From the NCBI GenBank assembly GCA_030248215.1, contig JASANG010003130.1, positions 1-64,000 of the forward strand: 64,000 nt of DNA, read 5' to 3'. This DNA comes from Enoplolaimus lenunculus (Eukaryota). A program made the translations under genes and the position numbers. Shown here piece by piece: positions 39,501 to 49,590 of the stretch. The first letter of the stretch is position 1; the number at the start of each line of letters is the position of its first letter. The notes beneath the pieces are model-generated. The model had not been told where the DNA came from. It saw only the letters and a list, made by a program, of their open reading frames with translations, and ran no database searches.

Positions 39501-40959
39501 GACGCCGGAAATTCAAGCGGAACTGGATGCATTGCAAGCTAAAAATTTAGCGGACGATCAGATGACTTCCTATTTAATGTTAACATTATTTTTGATTCGT
39601 TTGGTGCTGTTAGCTTTGTTAACTTGGGTACTAGCTTTTGTACTAATAAATTTCGGCAAAGTATAGTCAGCTACTATACTTACACATTACTGTTTATTGT
39701 TCTAATCCCATCTAAGCCTAGGTGATCCACCCGCATGGTGGGGACTCAGCTTAGTTTACCCTGCGACGCTTTCGCATCTTAAGTGTTTTTCTTCTCATTT
39801 CTCTCAATCTAACGCGCGTTACCTCGTTCTCCGTCTTTCTGTCTTAGGCCTAGGATCTCGCTTCCCTGCTTTGCTCTTAGTATTCCGTTCTGTATTGTGT
39901 ATGCTTTCCATGGGTTAACCCGCATTTTGCGTATCTCTCCTACTCGAGTGATTCTAGTCACCCGCGGGTTTGTAAGTTGTCGAGCAAGTTTATCCAGGTT
40001 TGAGAATTTAGCGCGCGCTAGTATTGAATGGGATGAATATGGAATTGGTGCGCACATGTTTTAGCCTGATAATGTGAACTGAATTTGTGAACCGGCCTAA
40101 GATTTTTTGTTACGCATATGGAATCGGATTCGGAGTTTAGAGTTTTATCTTAATTTGTGCGAGATTTTGGGATATAGTAAATTTTGTAGTGTCCGAGTAG
40201 CTAAATGTGATCTTGCCGTTTTATCTCTATAGTGCTCGCGGATCATTATCCTGCTCGCACAGTTTTATTATATGGTTGTGTTGCCTATATAGGTGACGCG
40301 AGTTATTCTAGTCAGATCCGATGCAGCGTTTCGCGGAGCAACGCTGTCAAGCCGGGTGTGTGGCTTTGGAAATCGGTAACTTGTCAGGGCGCTTAGGCTT
40401 AAGGCGTTTAACTGGGATCTCTGACTTAAGTTAACTGTCTTGGGGCTGGGCGAAGTTGCTCGTTCCCGAGCGCATGTGTGGCTTGCCAAACGTTGGGCTG
40501 AGGGGTGCTGCGTATTTGTCGGATCCTCGTAACTCTCCGTGTGTCGCGACTACCTGGTAGACCTACCCCAGTCACGGGCTTAGGAAGATTCGCCGTGTTC
40601 GACCTAATTTATCTCGCGTAAGCAGAAAGTTGCCGAGGGTAGGCGGCGTCATTAACTTTCTGACTTATACCATGTCGCTAACCTGCTGATCTTGTCGACA
40701 TTTGCGGCGAAGGTGCCGACATCAACGTTCTAACTGGGTTTCGCGGAACTAATATATGCGGCTGTGTCAAATGAGCTGCGGGTACCGTTTGTGATAGTTC
40801 CATTGGCATGACATCATCCCTGGATCTTGCTCGATGACGTGATTGGTGTCTGCCCTGCAAGTTCCCGTCCTGGAACATATCATCATCGTTAGACCGTTGG
40901 CGTCTCCGGGCTGGAGGAACCGGATATTGCGCTGGAACCCTTTCGTCGAAACTACTCAT
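12541..40959 (-). CDS. SLC18B1: Divergent SLC18B1-like MFS transporter with long N-terminal extension (20 exons, ~895 aa if one A6 frame break is corrected)
   Basis: Minus-strand GT-AG exons with chained phases: 40959-40683, 37604-37443, 36694-36608, 35027-34906, 34050-33735, 33089-32877, 30412-30203, 29625-29539 (+1 break at A6 29564-29569), 27708-27613, 27030-26957, 26021-25862, 20929-20861, 19090-19000, 18286-18135, 17549-17448, 16684-16608, 16017-15919, 14579-14505, 13771-13678, 12666-12541 (TAA). The C-terminal half gives ~12 hydrophobic helices: ...FVLAPFLASY|VRKISQRFLLVSGLTVF..., STLGPMISYF, FRMKQLFKSLEFWLSYILL, ASIGFMLFGPFSG, LISLTSGFITSALFAGILIGGAG, FAWTSCIFF, LILVLLFYYYEKRVTRRSRS. 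From recall these align with SLC18B1 segments; treat the symbol as '-like'. Confidence 0.8.
13000..13207. repeat. 23-bp minisatellite, ~9 near-perfect copies
   Basis: (CAATAAAATTTCCGCGGGTAAGA)n; explains ORFs 12780-13238. Confidence 0.95.
17729..17922 (+). mobile_element. Internally deleted piggyBac-type MITE (17729-17864) plus second left end (17898-17922)
   Basis: TTAA-CCCCTTCTCACAT...ATGTGAGAAAGGG-TTAA; shares body with 30465-30726. Confidence 0.75.
19110..20540. mobile_element. ~1.4-kb foldback element with long TIRs, in MFS intron
   Basis: 19129-19230 acaataacttttgagtgactgccaccgattt...cctcaccctaacgactg is the reverse complement of 20424-20523. Internal 140-bp tandem duplication (19574/19714). 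Confidence 0.75.
23681..23773. repeat. Compound (TTG)n/(TTA)n/(TGG)n microsatellite
   Basis: Read directly; gives the poly-Leu ORF 23681-23923. Confidence 0.95.
29676..30020. mobile_element. P-element-like MITE with long TIRs (relatives at ~41050-41330, ~55480-55720)
   Basis: TIR CAAGAGTGGATGATCACTCTTTATAACAAGAGT... extending imperfectly for tens of bases more; 7-bp near-TSD GTATTAG/GTATCAG; CAAGAG termini. Confidence 0.65.
30465..30726 (+). mobile_element. piggyBac-type MITE carrying a tRNA-like module
   Basis: TTAA on both sides (30461-64, 30727-30). Termini C(G)CCTTCTCACAT...ATGTGAAAAAGGG. Internal A box TAGCTCAGTGG and B box GTTCGAATCC. Confidence 0.75.
30614..30686 (+). pseudogene. tRNA-Gly(CCC)-like pseudo-tRNA inside MITE
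   Basis: GCTATTA-TAGCTCAGTGG...ACGCCTCCCAC...CTAGAGTTCGAATCCTAG...TAAAAGT. T-arm and acceptor stem largely pair; anticodon stem is broken. Confidence 0.5.
31435..31873. mobile_element. TA-flanked MITE family (other copies ~34250-34640, ~43040-43400, ~56670-57090; fragments ~15765-15860, ~28920-28990)
   Basis: Ends TA-CTGTAGTG..CGAATAAG / CTTATTCGG.TCACTACAG-TA; shared body ggactcttattagggatacggactcc and ggagtcatttatgcgctacaattag. Confidence 0.7.
35338..36302 (-). mobile_element. Same HINE family, full-length copy in MFS intron
   Basis: Reverse complement of 52229-53190. Repeat units start at about 35392, 35546, 35701 and 35876; short (GGAC/AGAC)n at 36189-36220. Confidence 0.8.
38190..39030 (-). 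pseudogene. Decayed ~280-codon reading frame of unknown origin
   Basis: One minus frame runs without frameshift and with only ~5 stops: ...FLKTQLFPKKYIHHTSNYFA*QVF...ILHHTDALFKVNVY...FEIFKKFLGQQNPILKQLYKV...KLWKHPQLTRNGFTKSVHLYELDRFLDLCT*AYSNPPEFRNFKGCPLRLRTFRIK...VLFDPRAWYY*. Strong C/A skew on the coding strand. Confidence 0.35.
38342..38518 (-). CDS. Possible additional (cassette) exon of the MFS-gene N-terminal extension
   Basis: Acceptor ctttttaag| and donor |gtgagc, 177 nt, phase 1-1, open frame AMEAPTAHPERIYK...NQSSASW, P/S/Q-rich like neighbouring exons. Competes with a decayed ORF in another frame. Confidence 0.3.
39112..40652. mobile_element. LTR-like/foreign insertion (TG...CA bounded) in MFS intron 1
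   Basis: Starts TGTAACAACCCCCCACAGCAGC and ends GTTGCCGAGGGTAGGCGGCGTCA (imperfect inverted termini). Internal TATA and AATAAA, higher GC than flanks. No TSD, PBS or PPT found. Confidence 0.3.
39403..39666 (+). CDS. Intronless 87-aa ORF: PAM2 motif + C-terminal transmembrane helix, antisense within intron 1 of the MFS gene
   Basis: MEQSSSKSSPPLNPQAEEFRP matches the PAM2 consensus LNPxAxEFxP. Hydrophobic tail YLMLTLFLIRLVLLALLTWVLAFVLINF. Start context aacaatATGG; TATA-like ctataaat at 39273. Confidence 0.5.
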   Translation: MEQSSSKSSPPLNPQAEEFRPTTSGDRWAVGQQTPEIQAELDALQAKNLADDQMTSYLMLTLFLIRLVLLALLTWVLAFVLINFGKV

Positions 40960-43900
40960 ACCGTTGAATATTTAAAGGATTAATTTAACTTCTCAAGAAA
41001 AGTGCTGAAAGACTTTGTGTGATCATGATATTGACCCATGCTGCTAAGACAAGAGTATGCAGCTGTGCCCATTTTGGGTAGGAAAGAATGTACCCAGCAC
41101 GCGTTGCGTTTTTGATCGGCCGCTTTCATTGGTGGACGTATATATGAGCAAGCAGCGACATATCGTAGATAGCGAAACTGCTCCGATTCATATTCTTAAA
41201 AAATACGATGGTGCAAACACCTTGTAAATGCGGCATCTAACCTCCAACAAGTGAGGTGGGTACGTCGATAACACAACAAGCGCTGGTACATTTTGAGCCA
41301 CGAAGACTTCAACTATTTGCGTACTCTTGTCTACGGGATATTAAAAAGAAATGTTCCGAAAATTTTATACTGTTGTGTCTTGTCGTGTTAAATAGTTGGG
41401 AAGGATGGCATAATTAGAAATTCGTCAACAAATGATGCTTTACACAACTGACAATACACACAAAATATTGTCTTAATATTCCAACACTCCTATTTTCTTA
41501 AATTTTCAAGACATAAATGTTTTGTATTTCAAACATTAATAGCCTTAAACAGCTCAGAAATTAGTATCTTTTTTTAAGACACAAATTGCTTTCTTTCAGG
41601 AAATTGTTGTGTTTTATTCAAGAATTAATTTTTTTATTTTTATTTAAAAGATGTTTCGGATTAAGGACAGGCTTTCTCCCCAACCTAAGCTTACGTTTTG
41701 GACGTATCTTAGGTTGTAAAATTAGGGTATTGGATGTGCTTTAGTCCGAATTTTTGGAGTCGGTTTTCATGGCAAATCTCTGTGTTTATTTGAGACATAT
41801 TTGTCATATATTTCAGAAATATTTGTGTTAATCGTTCATAAAACAAAGTCTTACATTTAAGACATTCAGGTGTGAGAAATGTTAGATCAATATTTCTGAA
41901 AAATTTAAGAAATAAAGGTCTTGAATTCAAGAGATACATATCTGGAGTCATCAAGACATAATTTTCTTAAATTTCAGACAATATTTCTTGAATACCAGAT
42001 ATTTTATATCGTGTTTAGCGCAAGACGGGCCTGTTGTTGATTTGTCAGGTTAATTTGTTGGTATTGTTTTTCTAGAGGAGTACTTGAACTTTTCTGTCTC
42101 CCTCTGTCTAAAGGCTGACAATAGTTACATTCTCGTTTTGAATTGTCTTAAAACTTCCGTTAGAACGCGGATCATTGCATAAACTGGTTAAGGCAAAATA
42201 TATTTTGGCACAAAAAAACTAAACTGCCGTTCTCCACTGTGTTTTTATAGAACGAAAGTAAAGAACGCAATGATTCAGTTCGCACACCAAGTATCACGAC
42301 CATTCGTCGCCTGATAACCACGTCGATCGACAGCTAAAATACCTGAAATCTCGTTAATAAACCCGGCAATGTCGTAAGCCATTTTGCTTATCTTAGGCGG
42401 AGAATATTAGGACTCTGTCGGGCAAAAAGTTGCCCGGCAGCAAATTGCCGGAAGATTCCGTTGAAAAAACATATTTTGTGATAAAAATACTGCGAGACAT
42501 GTCACTAAAATTTAAAATTTAGCATACATATCAGCATCGCGAAAAATTTATAATAATGCATTTTCTCCTTTGCATGTTTTTGTAATAAAACAACAGCATG
42601 CGAACTAAATGCACTTTAGAAAAATAACTATGCTTATGTGTGTATGTATGCGTGTATATAAATTACTACATTGCTTTGCAATCTTTACATATTAATACAG
42701 GAAGTGCATACTTGCACATGAAACGTGAACTGCAGTAACATTCGATAAGATTTACGCATAAATTTGCTATTTTTAGTGGTTTCTTTCGTCAAAAAACAAA
42801 AGACTATCCTGCGCACTATAATGCACTATGTTAAACCAATGGCGGAGGTACGGGGAATCAGGATTCTAGGGAATTAATGATAAGTGGTCATGCCTACAAA
42901 TCTCGTCGAGCAGAGTTCAACGGTGCCACTTTTGACCCTCTAAAATATACTGCAAACAATCACAGATTGGAAGAGGAAGTATCTGTCATTTACATGTTCG
43001 TAAAATATAAGCTTTACCCGGTTTATTCGACGTACAATTTTATTTTCAAGCAGCCCGCCGCCGCTCTTCTTTTACTGATATATATCCGTATTGCAACTAT
43101 TCGTTGAATTCAACGTTTTTTGCCTTGCATCAAAAGCTTGACTGATAATGCAATGTTATATACTATGGAATGTTACTTTCAAAACTTAAGTAAGCTTTAA
43201 AGTTTCTAACTCAACTTTATTTGGTCGTGGAGTCATTTATGCGCTACAATTAGGGATAATTGACATTTATGGACACTAGTTTGGGTTTCAGGACTCTATC
43301 CGCTTACGGACTCTTATTAGGGATACGGACTCTTATTGACTGGGACTCAAAATGGGGAACCCACTCTTATCACCCCCCACCCTTATTCGAATCATTACAG
43401 TAATAAAGATCGAGCTTCTTTTTTCAAAAACTAAAATCATCTGAAGTTTGATTGTTAGCAATTTCTGGCGTTTTCATTTTTACTACTATTTTGCACAAAT
43501 TCCAACCTGTGATCAACCGTTAAATTTTTTTGCTTGGGTTCGTTCTTGCCAATTACAGTCGTTTGAATGAATATTTCAGCATTCTGCAGTATGACACTTC
43601 GCTACACTTTGGACTACAGACATAAAAGCATCACATGGTCCGATCTTGGTTCTAACAGTTGTAAGCAAATCCACTATGCTAATATTACAAAATAGCACAA
43701 TCAGACTGCAATAGTTAAAATGCTCATATTCAGACAGTTCATACCCATTAAGTATAGGCACACGGCATACGCCAGGATCGCGATTGAAATAAAATTTAGT
43801 CGGAATCGAAATCAAATTCGGAATTCAATTTTCTCGTCGAAATCAGAAAACTGTTTTAGTTTTTTAACTATTTCGAATATTACAATTAAGACGGCGGTAT

Positions 43901-44764
43901 TTCTTTTGCCCAATTTGTGGTTGGGGTATGCGTACGTCGTTCACAGTAATTTTTGCGAATGCCATTGATTTATAAGGGCGTTGGGTTTATCGCATGTGCA
44001 GTTTTAATTAAGTACACTCGCTAGCCTCTAACAGTATTAACAGCCAAGTTTAACGCATGTAAATCAAATGTTTTTGGCACCCGTTATAGGAAGAGGTTAA
44101 CGCAAAGTTGATTTTACATATACGCTTAATACCTATAACACGTAAATATTGATATGTGTTTTACATAATGAAACGTTTTTTAACTATACATTTATTGCGC
44201 GGGGATTGGAAGTAGCAGCACCCATTCCCGCTTAGTAGTATCCTTTCAAATCGCTCGGGGTTAAGGGGAACAGCCCGTCTGAAAATCAACTCGCTGTGGC
44301 AGCTCAAAAATTGCTGTGAACGACGTATCGTTTTCGCTTGTATCAACCTTAGCAAAGTGGAATATTCCACATTTAAACTTGTAACAATATTGACAGAAAA
44401 AAACGACAACCGAAAATGTCGGGATTCCGGCACCAGAATCACATCCAACCGGAATCGCAACTGAAATCTTGCGCAATTTCAGCCGGAATTCTGATAGAAT
44501 ATTTAGCGAAAAAATTTGCAATGTACCTGTGCTGACAACATTCTGAGCGTTTTTTGAGCCTTTCTCAAATTAGATTTTACTGATTAAATGAAGGTTAATT
44601 TGTTGGGTTAATATCTTAATAGCACAGGTGGCTGCAATATTTAAGACGCTAACTTGTTTCTTCAAAACCACTAATATGCAGACACTTGTGTTATATATAA
44701 TCTCTAATGTGAATATTAAGGTAATCTAGAGCAGCTCCCAAATTACGTATACTGGATGTCCCAG

Positions 44765-44930
44765 TCAGGCCCGTAGCCAACTCACCTTGCTAGGGGGCTA
44801 TAATTTTTCAGGAGGGGCATTCAAGGGTTTTCAATGATTTGTAAGCAATGTTGAAAAATTTCTAGGGTTACCAAAATTTGTCCAGGGGGCTTAGTCCACA
44901 CCCCTGCCCCCCTTGGCTACGAGCCCGTGC
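44765..44930. mobile_element. Short GC-rich MITE family (copies ~26095-26270, ~37668-37832, ~59108-59280)
   Basis: CAGGCCCGTAGCCAACTCACCTT...GGCTACG(A/G)GCCCG termini shared among four loci. Confidence 0.6.
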
Positions 44931-46896
44931 CAGCTTTATTTACAGATTTTAGCGTGTAAATGTATATACACACTCTCCGATTTTGTTCATATGATATGAC
45001 GGCCTAACAACCCTGCGTCCGGACTTCCAGTGTATGCATCGTTTGCAGCAAAATAGGATTAACACGTGTCAATTTTCAAAATTGACATGCGTTAACCCAC
45101 TTTAGCGCAAAAATTGTGTAAAGCCAACGAGACTAGCGCATGTTACAGTCCTTCCCTAGTACATGTCAAAGAGCATTTAGTAACACGCGTTTGTGAATAG
45201 AGTTAACGATATTTTTGCATTATGGTAGGGTTAACGCATGACAATTTTGAAATTTGACACGTGTTAACCCTTCCTTATCGGTGCCAAAATGAAATTTTTT
45301 ATTATGAACGATGCATTAGTACCACAATTATTAAGCACAGTTCAGCAAACTAACACACTTTACTAAAACAGGTCCGGTTTGCGAGCCTACCCCCTCAAAG
45401 TAGTACAAAGATCATTATACGCACCAGTAGACTTAGCACGTAATCATACAACTTTTCTGCGCTTTTCTACCATAAAGTACAATTATCAAGTTTCTTTTTA
45501 TATGAAAGATTTGATTCGGCGAATCATCGTGCAGTTGCATAAACATTAATTTCTATATGCGCCTTTGTGTATGCATTTATTTCACATTTTTGGCGGCTAA
45601 AATTAACCAAAACTCTACTGGCTAAGTAGCTAATGTAGGCGTCTACACAGAAATAAATATTGCCCTAGGGATACACATCACACATCCGGCGCATTTATTA
45701 TATAGTGAACGAAAAATTGATCATCCTTATCACATTTTGCCTTGACTCGCAATACGAAAAAACACTCTGTCGGCAAAAACAAGACAAACGTACGAGATTT
45801 AAGCCTTTAAATGCTAAATCGAGCGGAAAATATTTGAAATTAATTGTCATTCGTTGCTTTGTCTGTTATTTTGAAATAATTACTTAGCTACAAACACAAG
45901 ACGATTTTTTGACAATGTTTGTGTTTGTATTTCGTTTGTTTTTGTATAGAAATCTGAAAATCTACTCATTGTTATGCCTAAAATTTGATTTTATTAGAAT
46001 GTTTACAAGTTGATGGATCGCTGTAGGATGTTCTTATCTCATAGACCGCACACGTTTAGTGAAAAAGTGCACGAGCGAAGTGAGCAAGAAGTCAAACGAA
46101 AACATTACTAAATCATGAAATTAATGTTTTACTTTTGATCAGTGAACAGCGACCACTGCGGTTGTTGGTTGCGGATCTGCGACAGAAAGGTTGGCTTTAA
46201 TTCAGTAAGATTAAGTTGTTTAATGAACATATGCGCTTTCAGGGGTGCATTACGATTTTAAGAGTCCCAAAATTGCAGGCTATTTTTTAACCGTTTGCAA
46301 AATTGAAGATTCGTGTTTGTTAACACTGGTTACACCCTGGAAAATTTGATAAGAGGCTTTTTTAAGAAACTCTGACATGCTTTTCTTCAGTATAAAAAAA
46401 AAAAACTACAAAATTTTATTTCCGACAACGACATTAATTTTAAATTTACAAAAATAGAAAAATATTAAAAACATTACGCTAAATTTAGAGGCATATAAAA
46501 TCAACTCAATAAACATAAAAAAAAATACAACAACAAAGCTTACACTCCCAAAAATATCTATATAAATATATAAATACAAAAATTAAAATAAACATAATAA
46601 CATAACTACTATAAAATAATAAATAACATGACAACTAACATCAATTAAAATAACCAAGAAATATCAAAATGTCAAACAATATAAAATCGGCATTATAAAA
46701 TATAAAACTTCCATTTACTTAAAGACTTAAAAGTTACATCCCCCGAAACAGAGATTTTTTAAGCCCAAAAAAATTTTCTCAAAAAAATTTCAATTCTATA
46801 CAAAAAACAAGAAATTCCAGACTCATACTATCTATTATAATTTAATTAAAAAAAAATAATTTACAGAAAAACTACAAAAACAACAAAACAAAAAAA

Positions 46897-47152
<256 letters not shown>

Positions 47153-47482
47153 ATTGCAATAAATTAAAGCCGAACGCATTGCACGATACAATTTTTGTAA
47201 AACTTTGAAAATTTCCTCTCATCAAGGGACAGCTGCTAATACTGAACAGAGCAAACAACCTGACTAATGTATAATAGACTCATAGCGAAAATTTCAATCT
47301 GCTATGTCGGATTCATGCATAAATAATTTAAAACTTGTTCAACTTTAAACTAAGCGGAATTATGTAATACCGCTGGTACTACCGAGTTCTGGCGAGGTAA
47401 CGTTATGTTTGCATAACTCATGGGCAACATATGTTTTCAATGTTCCGCGGTATTGGTGTAAATCTTATGTATTGGTATATCG

Positions 47483-47849
47483 CAGGGCACAACCGGAGGT
47501 CTGCCTCCGGCTCCGGTTCCGGCAAAAAATCCGGCTCCGGCGCCAGTAGAATTTTAGCCGGAGGTTCCGGCAACTTCGGTAGTAAAATTTTGCATAATTT
47601 TGCAAAATTTATCTGTTTAGCGCGTTTCGTTCTGCTTTTGTCACAATTTTCAGGAAAGAATTTCCGAAATTCGCATAAAATTAGCGTAAAACCAAACAAC
47701 TTAACAACATATTGTAGATATTGGCTAAAATGAACTAATTAACCGTCATTGTTATTACCTGATTTCGCCTCACCTCCCACTCCGGCTCCGGCAACATTCG
47801 TGGACCTCCAGCTCCGGCTCCGATATTTTTCACCTCCGGTTGCACCCTG
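47483..47849. mobile_element. hAT-type MITE with CCGGCT subterminal repeats
   Basis: TIR CAGGGCACAACCGG/CCGGTTGCACCCTG; perfect 8-bp TSD GTATATCG. Confidence 0.85.
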
Positions 47850-49244
47850 GTATATCGGTATTTTACAGCATCAGTCCAACACGTAATAGTTGTAGCACGG
47901 CTTTGCGGTCTTCTGAGATATGACTGTACAAGTGGAAAAAGAACGAGTGTACACACAAGTGTGGAACGAGTGCGATAGCAGGAGATTTGCACTAGTGCGG
48001 TGCGCGAGTTCTTGAGCCACCTGCACAGCACAAGAGCGATGGTCGAGTGCACTTCAAGCTAGAAGCAAGCTTGGCAGCACTGCGTTTATATATCGGAAAG
48101 GCAATAAGCCGTGCTACAACTGACTTGTACCAATAAATCATAAACTTTACATGTTACCTTAAAGGGGAATATCGATTGACACTATTCGAGAAAATTTAGT
48201 AATTTTTTGGAGTTCTTTCATACCAATCTGTGCCAACATGTATGCTCATACCCATTCTTCTCCTGCAGATAAGTTTAAGCTTAGTTCCATTGTACAGCAT
48301 GACTCCTTGAGTACTACAAATCAGCAAAGGGTTAATAACTTGAGTTTGTACCCTTAGGAAAAACATTACTGGATGTTTTAGGAGGATTTTGCTTTATTCC
48401 AACTGATTACGGGCCTGAATTAGTATTAAAAACTGTGGAGTCTGAAAAACTTGCACGTGATGTGTTAATAATTTTAAAATAAAAACCGTATGTTGGTTAT
48501 ATTTTAAGGTTGTGTTAAATTTTTTTTGTTGTTTTCACTCGTATACAGCCGTGCCGTGCGGTATAGCCGTTCGGCACATTTGAGGCACAGTTAAGGCAGG
48601 CTGCAGCGTGATTTAACCGTCCATCAAACGGTGAAGGAACGGTGGCGCGTGCGTTAACTGTGCTTCAAGTGCGCCGAACAGTTGTACCTAAAAGGCATGA
48701 TGGTTGTAGCACGGCTATTAATTATATGAGCCGCGGTGCTATGAAATATGGCCCATGTATACTTTACTGCCGTCCCATTATCCCAGCGTTCCAGCGAAAA
48801 AATTTATATCTTTTGTTTGTGGTGGGATTTTGGAATTTTGGGATTTCCGGATTTGTTATTTCAATAAAATTCATCGCAAACAATTCCTTGGGCTTAGGTT
48901 TAGAATTAGGCAAGGCTCCGTCTCAGGTTTAAGAGTAGAATTACGCATTTACTTGTAGAATGTGGCGTAAGCTTTATATTTCCTTTAGAGGTAGGCTTAG
49001 GCTTTCGCTTAGGCTACAGCTTAGGCTTAGGCATAATAGACATAAGCTTATGCTTAGGGTATTAAGGTTTGGGTTTAGGTTTATGCTTAGGCTTTAGAAG
49101 CAGGCTTTGGTTTAAACAGATTAGACCGTAAATGGCATAGGCTCAGGCTTAGGCAGAGGTACGAATAGGCTTTGATTTAAACATAATTTAGATCTTTTAA
49201 ATGGCATTAGTTTAGGCTTAGGTTTAGTCTTAAGCTTTAGAAGC

Positions 49245-49590
49245 ATTCCACCTTCAACTATTTCCCGCAATCCCAAAATACCACCTTCCACCACATCCCG
49301 AAATCTCTTTAATACCAAAGTCCACCTTCGATCATATCCCAATATCCCAAAATCTCACCATCGACCATATCCCAAAATGCCAAAATTCCACCTTCGACCA
49401 ATTTTTGAAACCTCAAAATCCCGCCTTCGGCCATATTCCAAAATCCCAGATCCCACATTCGACCACATCCCGAAATCCCAAAACTCCACCTTCGACCATG
49501 TCCCGAAATCCCAAAATTCCACCTTCGACCATATCCCGAAATCCCAAAATCCTAAAATTCCACCTTCGACCATATTCTAAATTGCCAAAT
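49245..49590. repeat. ~31-40-bp degenerate minisatellite inside MITE
   Basis: (CCCAAAATTCCACCTTCGACCATATCCCGAAAT)-like units; explains ORFs 49121-49949. Confidence 0.9.

Noticed and set aside
42343..42382. MAYDIAGFINEIS|gt as first coding exon of the MFS gene
   Set aside because: Phase 1 has no compatible acceptor before ATG 40959, which is preceded by an in-frame stop.
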